Shown piece after piece: positions 19,739 to 28,214 of a stretch of DNA of 30,445 nucleotides (the first letter of the stretch is position 1; each line of letters begins with the position of its first letter). Under the pieces are notes generated by a model. That model ran no database searches and was not told the DNA's origin. It saw nothing but the letters and a program-made list of their open reading frames with translations. The DNA is taken from positions 1 through 30,445 of the IMG/VR virus record IMGVR_UViG_3300031997_001804. One strand, 5' to 3'. A program made the translations under genes and the position numbers. This stretch comes from a virus. Lineage: Duplodnaviria > Caudoviricetes.

Positions 19739-20055
19739 ACTAAACCATCCGCTTCGGCTTTTCTGTCTTCCTCTGCCAAGTCCCGATCCAGACCCAGCAT
19801 AAAAGAGATGCCAAACTTAATACCATTTATCAGCCCTGTGCAGCTTTGCTCCATGTCTCTGGACCTAGCTCTTACTCTGGCCGGATGAGACAAGGACACT
19901 GAGATGCTGTGGTGGTGATCAGCAATTGCCTCTAGCTTTGCGATTTGGGCCTCCAGGTATTGCTGATTGTTTTTCGGAAAATTTTGATGCATAACAATCT
20001 GGTCGGACTCAAGCAGCTGTCCCAGTAGTAACCTGGCAGTAAGTGACGACTTCAT
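19735..20055 (-). CDS. Hypothetical protein
   Basis: 106 aa, ATGA-coupled to the sbcD-like gene. Confidence 0.55.
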   Translation of the reverse strand: MKSSLTARLLLGQLLESDQIVMHQNFPKNNQQYLEAQIAKLEAIADHHHSISVSLSHPARVRARSRDMEQSCTGLINGIKFGISFMLGLDRDLAEEDRKAEADGLV

Positions 20056-20067
20056 CTGTACCTGTCC

Positions 20068-20331
20068 TTATTTAAGATTCTCAGCGGAGCCGCCGAAGGC
20101 ACTAAAGTTAACCCGCTTGGTTTTGCGTTTAGACTTAGCGGCCACCTCGTCAACTTCAGAGAAATACGGTTCCACTATTTCATTGATTTCTTCTACTTCT
20201 GTCTGTGGAACCTTTAGCCCGCCTTCCGAAGCCAGGAGCAGGTCAAGGATAATAGACTTAGAAGTAGCAGTATCAACACCTGACCTTATTAAGATTTCCA
20301 GCATCTCTTGCGGTGTTACGCTAATAATCAT
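20068..20331 (-). CDS. Hypothetical protein
   Basis: 87 aa, AAGGA SD. Confidence 0.55.
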   Translation of the reverse strand: MIISVTPQEMLEILIRSGVDTATSKSIILDLLLASEGGLKVPQTEVEEINEIVEPYFSEVDEVAAKSKRKTKRVNFSAFGGSAENLK

Positions 20332-20366
20332 GTTGTTTCCTTTTTTCTTATTACACGCTGTTTTTA

Positions 20367-20397
20367 GGGGAATGCACCAATCTATGATGCATTCCCC
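20367..20397 (-). other. Stem-loop just downstream of recA
   Basis: ggggaatgca/tgcattcccc is a perfect 10-bp inverted repeat; no U-tract in the transcribed direction. Confidence 0.6.
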
Positions 20398-20404
20398 AAA
20401 GTGC

Positions 20405-21853
20405 CTAGGCAGGAGCTGGAGGCGAAGGCATAACTGGCGGTGGCGTAGCCAGTATTGGTGGTGGGAGCGGAGGAAGTGGTGATGGCGATACCGGAGCAGT
20501 CTCAGTTTCGTCTTGCTCAGATTGCCGCTCAGCCTCGTGATCCGGCGTGCTTTCCAGATTGTTAAACGCCCAGCCAGAAACCAACAATTTATCGCGTAGG
20601 ACCATTACGATAGACGGAGTTTCATTTATCCATTTCTTGAACTGCTGGTAGGTCCATCTTTTGGGCATCCCCAAAGCTACCAAGTCAACAGGACTGCCAG
20701 CCACTGGTTCGTATCTACCCTTAACTGCTTCGACCTTAACCTTGGCAGCTTTCTCCTCGGCAGTCAGCACCGCTGGCTTGATAAGGCCAACCTGGTGCAG
20801 AAAGCTAAACACATCAAACACCTTGTCCAGCCCGCGACCAGTGGAGCCGTTTTCCTCAAACTGCGTCCTAATCCAGCATACTTTGAACGGGTTGTAGACC
20901 TTGTTTTTGACTGTTCTGATGGCTGTGTACGTGTACCGGTCCAGCCCGACTTCCTGGCCCTCACTGTCGTAATGAGGCTCCTCCCAAACCCCACCGGCTT
21001 TCGGCGCAGCATCTTTGATAAAGCCTTTGTCCTTATCGGCAAAGGGGTGGTCATTGTCTCCAAACTTTGGCTTAGAGGCCGACAGTCGCAGCCTGATACT
21101 GGCAAAGTAACGTAGCGCCGATCCGCAGGGTTCATAATCAGGGTTTTCGTATTTGCTGGCCATCGGCTTTTGTCTAATCTGGTTAGTATAGATGAAACTA
21201 CAGCCGGTTCTAATGAGATTACTGTTTATGATTGGCAACATTTCTGAATACATTTTGGCATGCATAGCCATTCGGTTAGAGTCTATGTCGTCGGAAACAG
21301 CATCAGTAACCAGCGCCACCACTGAGTCAAGCGTAATGAGTGCCGTTGGGAACGTTGGCGTTCGGTTTTCCGGTAACTTAGCCGCCAATTCATGAATGAA
21401 GTGCAAGACTTCATCACCAGTGGTGGGCTGGTAGTAATGGATCAGGTCCCTCTCTCCATCTTTGAGCTTGCCTTTCTTATCTCTTTTGCCACGGAAAAGG
21501 TCAAAATCGATACCACGACTCTTTAGAAACAGCGGATCTGACCCACCCTCGGCATCTTTGTAGAATGCGTGGCGACCAGCCCGCAATTGGTTAGCTATAA
21601 TCTCAGTGGCCAGGAGCGACTTACCTGAGTGTTCAGGGCCTGAGATCCCGACGATGCGAGATGGAGGAATGCCGCCCCCCATAATTAGATCAAGCCATAA
21701 TGATCCTGTATGGATGGCGTACGCAGCAAATGAGTCACGTTTTAGGTATACCGGTTGCAACTTGGACTTTTTCTCAGCAGCGGTAACAGCTGCTCCCATG
21801 ATCTTGTCTATATCAATGCCTTCCGCAACCAATGCGGCAACATCTGGATTCAT
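20405..21853 (-). CDS. recA: RecA/UvsX-like recombinase
   Basis: TGSLWLDLIMGGGIP, GPEHSGKS, DAEG, LDSVVAL, TNQIRQK, ALRYFASIRL, VKNKV; Pro-rich C-terminal tail. Confidence 0.92.
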   Translation of the reverse strand: MNPDVAALVAEGIDIDKIMGAAVTAAEKKSKLQPVYLKRDSFAAYAIHTGSLWLDLIMGGGIPPSRIVGISGPEHSGKSLLATEIIANQLRAGRHAFYKDAEGGSDPLFLKSRGIDFDLFRGKRDKKGKLKDGERDLIHYYQPTTGDEVLHFIHELAAKLPENRTPTFPTALITLDSVVALVTDAVSDDIDSNRMAMHAKMYSEMLPIINSNLIRTGCSFIYTNQIRQKPMASKYENPDYEPCGSALRYFASIRLRLSASKPKFGDNDHPFADKDKGFIKDAAPKAGGVWEEPHYDSEGQEVGLDRYTYTAIRTVKNKVYNPFKVCWIRTQFEENGSTGRGLDKVFDVFSFLHQVGLIKPAVLTAEEKAAKVKVEAVKGRYEPVAGSPVDLVALGMPKRWTYQQFKKWINETPSIVMVLRDKLLVSGWAFNNLESTPDHEAERQSEQDETETAPVSPSPLPPLPPPILATPPPVMPSPPAPA

Positions 21854-21867
21854 GTTTTTCTCCGAGG

Positions 21868-21898
21868 AAAATGCGGCCTGACTGAGGTGCCAGGCCGC
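21868..21898 (-). terminator. Terminator-like hairpin upstream of recA
   Basis: Minus strand GCGGCCTGGC-ACCTCA-GTCAGGCCGC (one GU pair) followed by ATTTT. Confidence 0.5.
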
Positions 21899-21959
21899 TT
21901 ATTAATGGCAAAGTAGGCTTTTCGGCCAACAAAGAAGACCGGTTATGCACCCGACCTTA

Positions 21960-22259
21960 TTAAGAAAGAGAAGAGAGAATTTTCTTCAGGACTTGCACTC
22001 GTGGCACACCGTTAAACGTCTGTATTTCCTTACCAGCTTTCGTGATCACCGTCTTTGGGTGCACTCCGATGTCGAGTATTTTAAACTCTTCGTCGCTTAG
22101 CCTGATTAAGTGCACTGGTGACCGTAAATGATGAACCCAACAAGTTTCCTCGTCTAACCATGATGCTTCCTCCTCAAGAAGAAAGATGAAAGTTTGACTA
22201 ACCTTGTTTTCCTTGAGTTCCAAAAACCGATCTAGACCTGGCGTTGGTGTGCTATTCAT
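21960..22259 (-). CDS. Thioredoxin-fold protein lacking CxxC
   Basis: IGVHPKTVITKAGKEIQTFNG...LKKIL resembles the Trx C-terminal half (cis-Pro, KxGKe..rf.G); start moved to ATG 22259. Confidence 0.5.
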   Translation of the reverse strand: MNSTPTPGLDRFLELKENKVSQTFIFLLEEEASWLDEETCWVHHLRSPVHLIRLSDEEFKILDIGVHPKTVITKAGKEIQTFNGVPRVQVLKKILSSLS

Positions 22260-22261
22260 GT

Positions 22262-23689
22262 TTATCCCTCTATGCAGTATCTGCGCAACGGACATTTCAT
22301 GCAAACAGAGTCACCACGATACTGACTGTAACAGGTAAGTACATCAATGCCTTCTAGCTCGCCACGGCTACAAGTCCTTAACGGCAAGCGCTTTGTGGCT
22401 TCTGCGTACTGCCCTATCAAGGTCTGAAAAGCACCGTGACCCATAGGCTTTCCTTTGCCGACCACTTGGTAAGTACGCTCAGTCACTTCCTGGCCGATTG
22501 CGGCTGATTCAGCCGCACCGTCAAAAGGGATGTCATCTAGCTCGATAAGCCCCTCCGCTGCTGGAGCCGATACTGGAGCCGATGGACGTAAACCGGCTGG
22601 TACCGGAGAAACCGGAGCCGCATTAACCGGGGCCTGCGGCGGGGCCATCGGTATTGGCGGAGCGCCAAACGGCTGCGGTGGCATCGCTTGCGCAGGAGGA
22701 GCTGGTGGAGGTGCAAACGAAGCAGTGGAAGGAGCTTGCATACCCTGCGGAGCTTGCGGATAATAGTCTGGATGCGGCGCTGGCGGCTGCGGAGCATACA
22801 TCTGTTGGGGAGCATACGCCTGCTGGTACTCTGGCTGCTGGACCGGTGGCGGGGCCTGTGGTGGCAGCACCTGTGGGAAAGGCGGTGGAGGTAGCATGCC
22901 AAAGCTGGAAGGCGGCACCGCCGGTTGGGTGATCATGTGGTTTTGGGGAGCAATCAGGTCGTAATAACCATTTTCTTTGAGAGACCGAATTACTTCCTCG
23001 CGAGATGGCCAAACCACCCGGCTCTTCCAATCGTACTGCTGACTGATGTAGCTAATTTCCAAGTCCGTCAGCGGTACCTTAGGGCCGATTTGTACTTGGT
23101 ACTTCTGCTCAGCTCTTGCCGTGGAATCATACAGTACATAAACGTCTGCTCCCCAGTATGGGTCGGTGACATCAGCCTCATAGCGCTGACCATCGATGAT
23201 GTGAACATTCATACCAGACAGACGCTGAATACTGAGAATAAGCGAAATTGGCAGCTTGACAGGAGCCCATGGTCTAACTTGGTTCATTTGCTGGGCTTGC
23301 CGGAAGATAGCGTGGCCATAACCATGCTGCCGAGGCGTAATGTCCTTGATTTCTGGATTGGTCGAGTTACGCGGATCAAAATCTTCAAGAATCGGGTCAC
23401 CGGATCGTGAGAAGTGTTTGGTTTCCGGGTCCCACGCTAGGGACAAAAGAGGAAACTTTTTCCCACTCTTTTGGTGCTTGATCCACGAGGTGGCCAACAA
23501 GTACACGTCGCCGTAGAACCGGAGCTGCGTCCAAGCCTTTTCTGGAAGCTCTCCCCACTTGATACCGTCGTCCCATTTGGCACGGCCACCAGTTGCTGCC
23601 CCGAAGCCAGCCTTGATTTGCGGCAGTGATACACCTTTAGGTAATGTGTGATTTTGGACAGACTGAGGTCCTGGTACTGGAAGATTCAT
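22262..23689 (-). CDS. Single-stranded DNA-binding protein (gp32-like) with Pro/Gln linker and Cys-rich tail
   Basis: DVTDPYWGADV...KYQV (cf. gp32 D..DP..G.df), DDIPF, located between sigma and recA. Confidence 0.6.
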   Translation of the reverse strand: MNLPVPGPQSVQNHTLPKGVSLPQIKAGFGAATGGRAKWDDGIKWGELPEKAWTQLRFYGDVYLLATSWIKHQKSGKKFPLLSLAWDPETKHFSRSGDPILEDFDPRNSTNPEIKDITPRQHGYGHAIFRQAQQMNQVRPWAPVKLPISLILSIQRLSGMNVHIIDGQRYEADVTDPYWGADVYVLYDSTARAEQKYQVQIGPKVPLTDLEISYISQQYDWKSRVVWPSREEVIRSLKENGYYDLIAPQNHMITQPAVPPSSFGMLPPPPFPQVLPPQAPPPVQQPEYQQAYAPQQMYAPQPPAPHPDYYPQAPQGMQAPSTASFAPPPAPPAQAMPPQPFGAPPIPMAPPQAPVNAAPVSPVPAGLRPSAPVSAPAAEGLIELDDIPFDGAAESAAIGQEVTERTYQVVGKGKPMGHGAFQTLIGQYAEATKRLPLRTCSRGELEGIDVLTCYSQYRGDSVCMKCPLRRYCIEG

Positions 23690-23779
23690 ACTTAATTCCT
23701 TGTGCTAATGCATTTATGGTCGCTAATGCGATAAACTAATCTAACATTGTTTTAGTGGGAAGCCAATACAAGCACTCAA

Positions 23780-25336
23780 TCAAAAGATTTTGTAGTGAAA
23801 GCCAATTTTCGCAAGATTTTGCACAGTAGCCTCCATTAAAACAGCGTTATTGTCAACTTCGTTAATCGGTAGTATGTCTATCATTCCGTGGCGAAGGGCT
23901 AGCGCCCGAAGCTCATCCGGAATAAGGTTAGTTCGCAGACAATGCTCGCGTAGCTCGTCCAGAAGTTCATCTGGGATACCGCCAAGACGATCATCATCGG
24001 TCATGATGTCTTCCAGCGTCAACTTTTCGTCTGCGTCGTAGGTGCGGTTGAGACTGTATACCTGGGCAATGCGAACAGTGTGGTATACTGACTTGACTTT
24101 CCTAACTGGGACCTTGGCCGCCAGAGCAATGGCTTCCATATTCTCCTCCGACGCTCCAACTCTGGACCTAGCCTTCTCTAGCTGCGTGTGGGCCTGCCAT
24201 GTGGACACTGGTAGCTTAACAAAGTTAGCGTCTTCCTTGATAGAAAGAAGCATCATTTGCTTTATCCACCACTTGGCCACGGAGGCAAACGAGGCTGGCC
24301 GCCGGGTGGAATAGCAGCTGACGGCTCTCATAAGGCCGATGGAGCCGTTCTGGAAGTTGTCTAGCATTTGGTGCGGGTTTCGTGCGGTCGATTTGGCTGC
24401 CGAATAGGCGGTTCTCAAGTAGGGTGCAATAATAGTGGAGCGGAGCAGCATATACTTAGTATAAGTGTGCCTTGCGTCTCGCGATATGTAGAAGGCGTGC
24501 CTATTTAGCTCCAAATCCTCGTCGATCCTGGCGATCAGGTCGCAAATGCGGCGATACTCGTCCTGGTTGTTTTGTTTAGCCTCATATGCCATCCAGTGAA
24601 GCTCGTCATAGTAACGCATCTTGGAGGTAAACTCGTGCAGAACGTCTTCGTAGACACCACGAATAAACAAGCATCTTTCCATGGCTTCCTTGATTGGCCC
24701 GGTCCTGCTATTTTGGGAGTCAGCAAACATGCGAATAAGTTTATAGGCGTTGACCAAAAAGTCCATTTCGTGAGCTTTGTACGTTCCCTTGGCGTTAACT
24801 GTGTCAGGCCCCGCATCTTCTTTTTCGTAGATGTTTTTGCCGTAGGTGTTGCCAGCCGCTACTTTGGTCACCACCTGAATTACCGATCCGAAAAATACGA
24901 CTGAACATTCCATAATAGAGTGAACTGCCGGAAAAATGCATTGGTCTATTTGGATGAAAAGCCTGTGGACTTCCTCTTGGTGCAACAGTGGGACGGCGAA
25001 AACCATCTTTCTGAGGTCTTTGAGTATCTGCTCATCAGATCCACCGATTGTGCCACCTTTTATAGTAGCCTGGTATTTGGCTGCTACCTCGGCTGGATGC
25101 AACAAGTTATCGTCGTCCTCTACCTCGATGTCGTCGAGCAGTACCTCGTCTATTTGCGAAAGGCCGGTGGCCTCAGTTATGTCCTTTTCTGATATTTCTG
25201 CTAACTCATCTTCCATAAGTGCGGCTTTTGGTGCTATCGGAACCTCGTCTAAGTCGTCCTCGGTGGTGTCATCATCCCAAAACTTGGTAGTAACTTTCTT
25301 ACGTTTGGACGCCATAGAACACCCCAGCTTAAGCAT
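23780..25336 (-). CDS. RpoD-like sigma-70 factor (start may be ATG 25315)
   Basis: Region 1.2 VPLLHQEEV; region 2 LDNFQNGSIGLMRAV...FASVAKWWIKQ...VKLPV; region 3 SLNRT...TLEDIM; acidic N-terminus. Confidence 0.88.
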   Translation of the reverse strand: MLKLGCSMASKRKKVTTKFWDDDTTEDDLDEVPIAPKAALMEDELAEISEKDITEATGLSQIDEVLLDDIEVEDDDNLLHPAEVAAKYQATIKGGTIGGSDEQILKDLRKMVFAVPLLHQEEVHRLFIQIDQCIFPAVHSIMECSVVFFGSVIQVVTKVAAGNTYGKNIYEKEDAGPDTVNAKGTYKAHEMDFLVNAYKLIRMFADSQNSRTGPIKEAMERCLFIRGVYEDVLHEFTSKMRYYDELHWMAYEAKQNNQDEYRRICDLIARIDEDLELNRHAFYISRDARHTYTKYMLLRSTIIAPYLRTAYSAAKSTARNPHQMLDNFQNGSIGLMRAVSCYSTRRPASFASVAKWWIKQMMLLSIKEDANFVKLPVSTWQAHTQLEKARSRVGASEENMEAIALAAKVPVRKVKSVYHTVRIAQVYSLNRTYDADEKLTLEDIMTDDDRLGGIPDELLDELREHCLRTNLIPDELRALALRHGMIDILPINEVDNNAVLMEATVQNLAKIGFHYKIF

Positions 25337-25388
25337 TTGTATATTATAGTTTTATAAGTAACATTTATATTTCGGTAACGGATGGCAT
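25337..25388. promoter_or_regulatory. AT-rich divergent intergenic region (probable promoters)
   Basis: Strand switch between sigma and the SWIM gene; TATATTATAGT and TTATAAGT -10-like elements. Confidence 0.4.
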
Positions 25389-25907
25389 ATGCTAACAGCC
25401 AAACAAATATTGGACGTAACCAAAAGAAGTCATCCTATTATTATCCAAAATGCCAAAAGGGTCAGAGTACAGTTCAAAAAGGTAGAAGCTGGTTCGGACG
25501 CTTATGGTGAGTACAGACAAGTAGTTGCCATCTGCAAGGCCGATTCTATACCACGGCAGGTAACACTGAAATTTTATGGCAGACACGACCTAGGTGCGAA
25601 GACTTGGATGTCGTGCACGTGCGAGTATTTTCTTTACGTGTGCGAAGTAGCACTGGAAGGTAAGGATAGTTCGGATATTATTCACTCCAACGGGGCAGCG
25701 CCATCTGTCACCAACCCTAGGTTTTCACCTAGAACATGTAAGCATTGCATAGCAGCACTACTTAACGGAGCACAAACGCTAGCTCCAAAGGTGAAGGCTA
25801 AGCCAACCAGAACACCTAAGACGACAACCAAAAAGCCAACCAAACCAGAAAAAAGCGCACCTAACAGGTCTGGACGGTCTGGACGATCAGGACGGATGAC
25901 TAAATAA
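25389..25907 (+). CDS. SWIM zinc-finger protein with basic tail
   Basis: SCTCEYF...CKHCIAAL; Lys/Thr/Pro-rich tail ending (SGR)3. Confidence 0.7.
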   Translation: MLTAKQILDVTKRSHPIIIQNAKRVRVQFKKVEAGSDAYGEYRQVVAICKADSIPRQVTLKFYGRHDLGAKTWMSCTCEYFLYVCEVALEGKDSSDIIHSNGAAPSVTNPRFSPRTCKHCIAALLNGAQTLAPKVKAKPTRTPKTTTKKPTKPEKSAPNRSGRSGRSGRMTK

Positions 25908-25918
25908 GGAACCGAAGC

Positions 25919-26698
25919 ATGCGAGTAACAAAGACCTCACTCAGCCAAATCTGCACCAATGTTGGCATCAAAATAAAGGACGGCAAAATAGCACGTGCCG
26001 ATGCCGATGCCATAGTATTGGCTTACGAAGAGGAAGAGGAGATAGAAGACCTAGATGAAGAGAACGAGGAAGATCAGCCTGACGATTATGATGCGTACTT
26101 TTCGCCAGCCGGGAGCTTGGGCAGCCAAATCTCCGTGTCGGTCAATATGAAGCACATAGGCACTTTTAAATCCACAGACGAAGCCGAAAAAGCTCTTCTG
26201 GCCTACTTGGACAAGAAGAACTTCTTTCCTAATGTCTGGGAAGTGTCTGACCATGGCAATGTGTCCAAATATGAGTGGTCGTCCGAAAATTCAGAAGCCA
26301 AGGTGGTTGGGCGTGTTGCTACGGCCAAGATCTCTGGGTCAATAGAGACTTTTGCTGAGTTTTGGTCTGACAACGGCAAAGTATGGTTCTCTGGTCATGG
26401 TGTAAAAGCCGACATAACTCACTTATTTAGTGAACGTGAGGCTAGTACCTTTGACCTTATTTCTGAAGATGACCCGGCAGAGTTAACTTTGCTTATCAAG
26501 TATGACGCTTATGCTGGCTACCCAGCTACTCGCGACGACCCAGAATCCGATCCAGAAATAGACTACACTGATGTTAAGCTGGTCATGCCTAATGGCAATA
26601 AGATTGACTTTGGCGATATTCTAGATCTTGGCGGTGCTAAGGACGTAACTGATTCGTGGGACAGCCTTGTTGCGGAGAACATAAACGACAATCATTAA
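25919..26698 (+). CDS. Acidic protein with shared N-terminal leader (candidate internal virion protein)
   Basis: AAGGA SD; leader GIKIKDGKIARAD...IVLA followed by a poly-Glu/Asp tract. Confidence 0.6.
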   Translation: MRVTKTSLSQICTNVGIKIKDGKIARADADAIVLAYEEEEEIEDLDEENEEDQPDDYDAYFSPAGSLGSQISVSVNMKHIGTFKSTDEAEKALLAYLDKKNFFPNVWEVSDHGNVSKYEWSSENSEAKVVGRVATAKISGSIETFAEFWSDNGKVWFSGHGVKADITHLFSEREASTFDLISEDDPAELTLLIKYDAYAGYPATRDDPESDPEIDYTDVKLVMPNGNKIDFGDILDLGGAKDVTDSWDSLVAENINDNH

Positions 26699-26710
26699 CA
26701 GGAGGCGATA

Positions 26711-27289
26711 GTGAAATTATCACCGGCTGGTCTGTTTTTGATCAAGAAATTTGAGGGTTTGCATAAACTAAACAAAAACGGCATAGTAGAAGCCTACCTA
26801 GACCCAGTCGGTATTCCTACAATTGGGTACGGTCATATTGATGGCGTGCAACTTGGCCAGGTAATCTCTCCGATCGAGGCCGACATCATTCTTCTCGAAG
26901 ATATAAAGCAAATGGAGGGTTATCTTACCAACTTGGTCAAAGTAGAGTTATTGCAACAGGAATTTGACGCCCTGGTTAGCTTTGTATTCAACGTGGGACC
27001 TACTAACCTCGGCAAGTCTCAATTGCTTAAGTTCCTAAATAGTGAGGACAAAAAGTCAGCCGCGCAATGTCTGCTTAGTTGGGACAAGGCAAAGCTAAAG
27101 CAGAAGCTGGTTACCTTGCCAGGTTTGACCAAGCGAAGACTAGCCGAAATGCACCTATTTTTGGAAGGCCCTGATACACTGTACGACGAAAACGGAGAAG
27201 AAGATTGGACGACAACTTTTCAATACACAGACTCGGCGCACATCTTGATCACAACCAACCCAAAGGACAAATGGCGGCGTCTAAGCTAA
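26711..27289 (+). CDS. GH24 phage lysozyme (endolysin)
   Basis: IKKFEGL, AYLDPVGIPTIGYGH, FDALVSFVFNVG, LPGLTKRRLAE; GGAGG SD. Confidence 0.93.
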   Translation: MKLSPAGLFLIKKFEGLHKLNKNGIVEAYLDPVGIPTIGYGHIDGVQLGQVISPIEADIILLEDIKQMEGYLTNLVKVELLQQEFDALVSFVFNVGPTNLGKSQLLKFLNSEDKKSAAQCLLSWDKAKLKQKLVTLPGLTKRRLAEMHLFLEGPDTLYDENGEEDWTTTFQYTDSAHILITTNPKDKWRRLS

Positions 27290-27492
27290 GGGAAGTACTT
27301 AGTCAATTCTCACTTAGCCTTGATATAAGAGAAACTAATGGTAAGTGCACCGTGGTAGTTAATCACCAAGTTGGCAGTAGCATGTACTTGGCCAACTCGG
27401 CAGAGGAAGTATTATGGCTAGCAAAACAGAGCGAAGTGGTATCTGGAAGCCCATCATACACTAAATACGTCATAAACACTATTAGTCAATAA
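27271..27492 (+). CDS. Hypothetical protein
   Basis: ATG 27271 with AAGGA SD, overlapping the lysozyme 3' end. Confidence 0.5.
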   Translation: MAASKLREVLSQFSLSLDIRETNGKCTVVVNHQVGSSMYLANSAEEVLWLAKQSEVVSGSPSYTKYVINTISQ

Positions 27493-27682
27493 CCGCCGCT
27501 AGTGGATGAACGCCGTGTGACGCGCCCTTACGCTCGAAAACGACCCTGTCAGCAAACCCACTAACGGTCTGCCCCTCAAAGACCGCAACAAAGCCTACAC
27601 CCTCCAGTATCATAACTGGCGCTCTCTACCTGGCGGCTGTAGGAAACAACTACGATGTCAGTTGGTACGTGGCTCGTCATGG

Positions 27683-28108
27683 TCATCTCACTTTAGCTAA
27701 GATCTGATCGGCCTGCGGTAGGTATTCAGACAAGAGGTTTACTGACAAATCGGCAGAATCTAAGCCCCTGGCTTGAGCGCTCTTTAGCAGCTTGATTTTG
27801 TCGTCCCGATCGAGCAAGGCTGCGATCTCATTTCTGGCTGAGGTTAGCTGATGTTGGGCCGCTGAGGCCTCCACAAACGCTTCGGCTGCAGCCTTAAACC
27901 TGTCAAAAGACGAGTCCGTATGCTGGATTGGGCTGAACAGCACTTCTACTTTCTTCATTAGTCTCTTAACTTCGTCGCTCCAATAGTCAGGCAAACCAAC
28001 CATTTCTGCATATTTAATTTTGGCATACTCACCCAAGGCGCCCTCAAACCTAGTCCGGAACTCGTTTGACCACTTTTTCCTAGACATGCCCATCGCTTGA
28101 ACTTGCAT
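27683..28108 (-). CDS. Hypothetical helical protein starting MQVQA
   Basis: GGAGG SD 6 nt before ATG 28108. Confidence 0.6.
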   Translation of the reverse strand: MQVQAMGMSRKKWSNEFRTRFEGALGEYAKIKYAEMVGLPDYWSDEVKRLMKKVEVLFSPIQHTDSSFDRFKAAAEAFVEASAAQHQLTSARNEIAALLDRDDKIKLLKSAQARGLDSADLSVNLLSEYLPQADQILAKVR

Positions 28109-28170
28109 CTTTTGCCTCCCCAACTAACTTTTCGGCACGGGCGGCCTGGAACTTTAGTCCCACGTCTGCC

Positions 28171-28214
28171 TCTTACCTAAGGTAAGACCTTCCTTACCTG
28201 ATGTAAGAAGGTCT
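28171..28214. repeat. Tandem palindromic 16-mers CTTACCTRAKGTAAGA
   Basis: Copies at 28172-28187 and 28193-28208, 14/16 identical, each with a CTTAC/GTAAG dyad. Confidence 0.75.

Noticed and set aside
22530-23030. Several overlapping Ala/Arg-rich ORFs
   Set aside because: They are alternate frames of the GC-rich SSB linker.
23704-23739. GCTAATGC direct repeat upstream of ssb
   Set aside because: Only two 8-mers; insufficient evidence for a regulatory site.
27493-27682. Possible ncRNA/tRNA or ~35-aa ORF between convergent genes
   Set aside because: I could not find a cloverleaf, a convincing stem or a recognisable protein motif.
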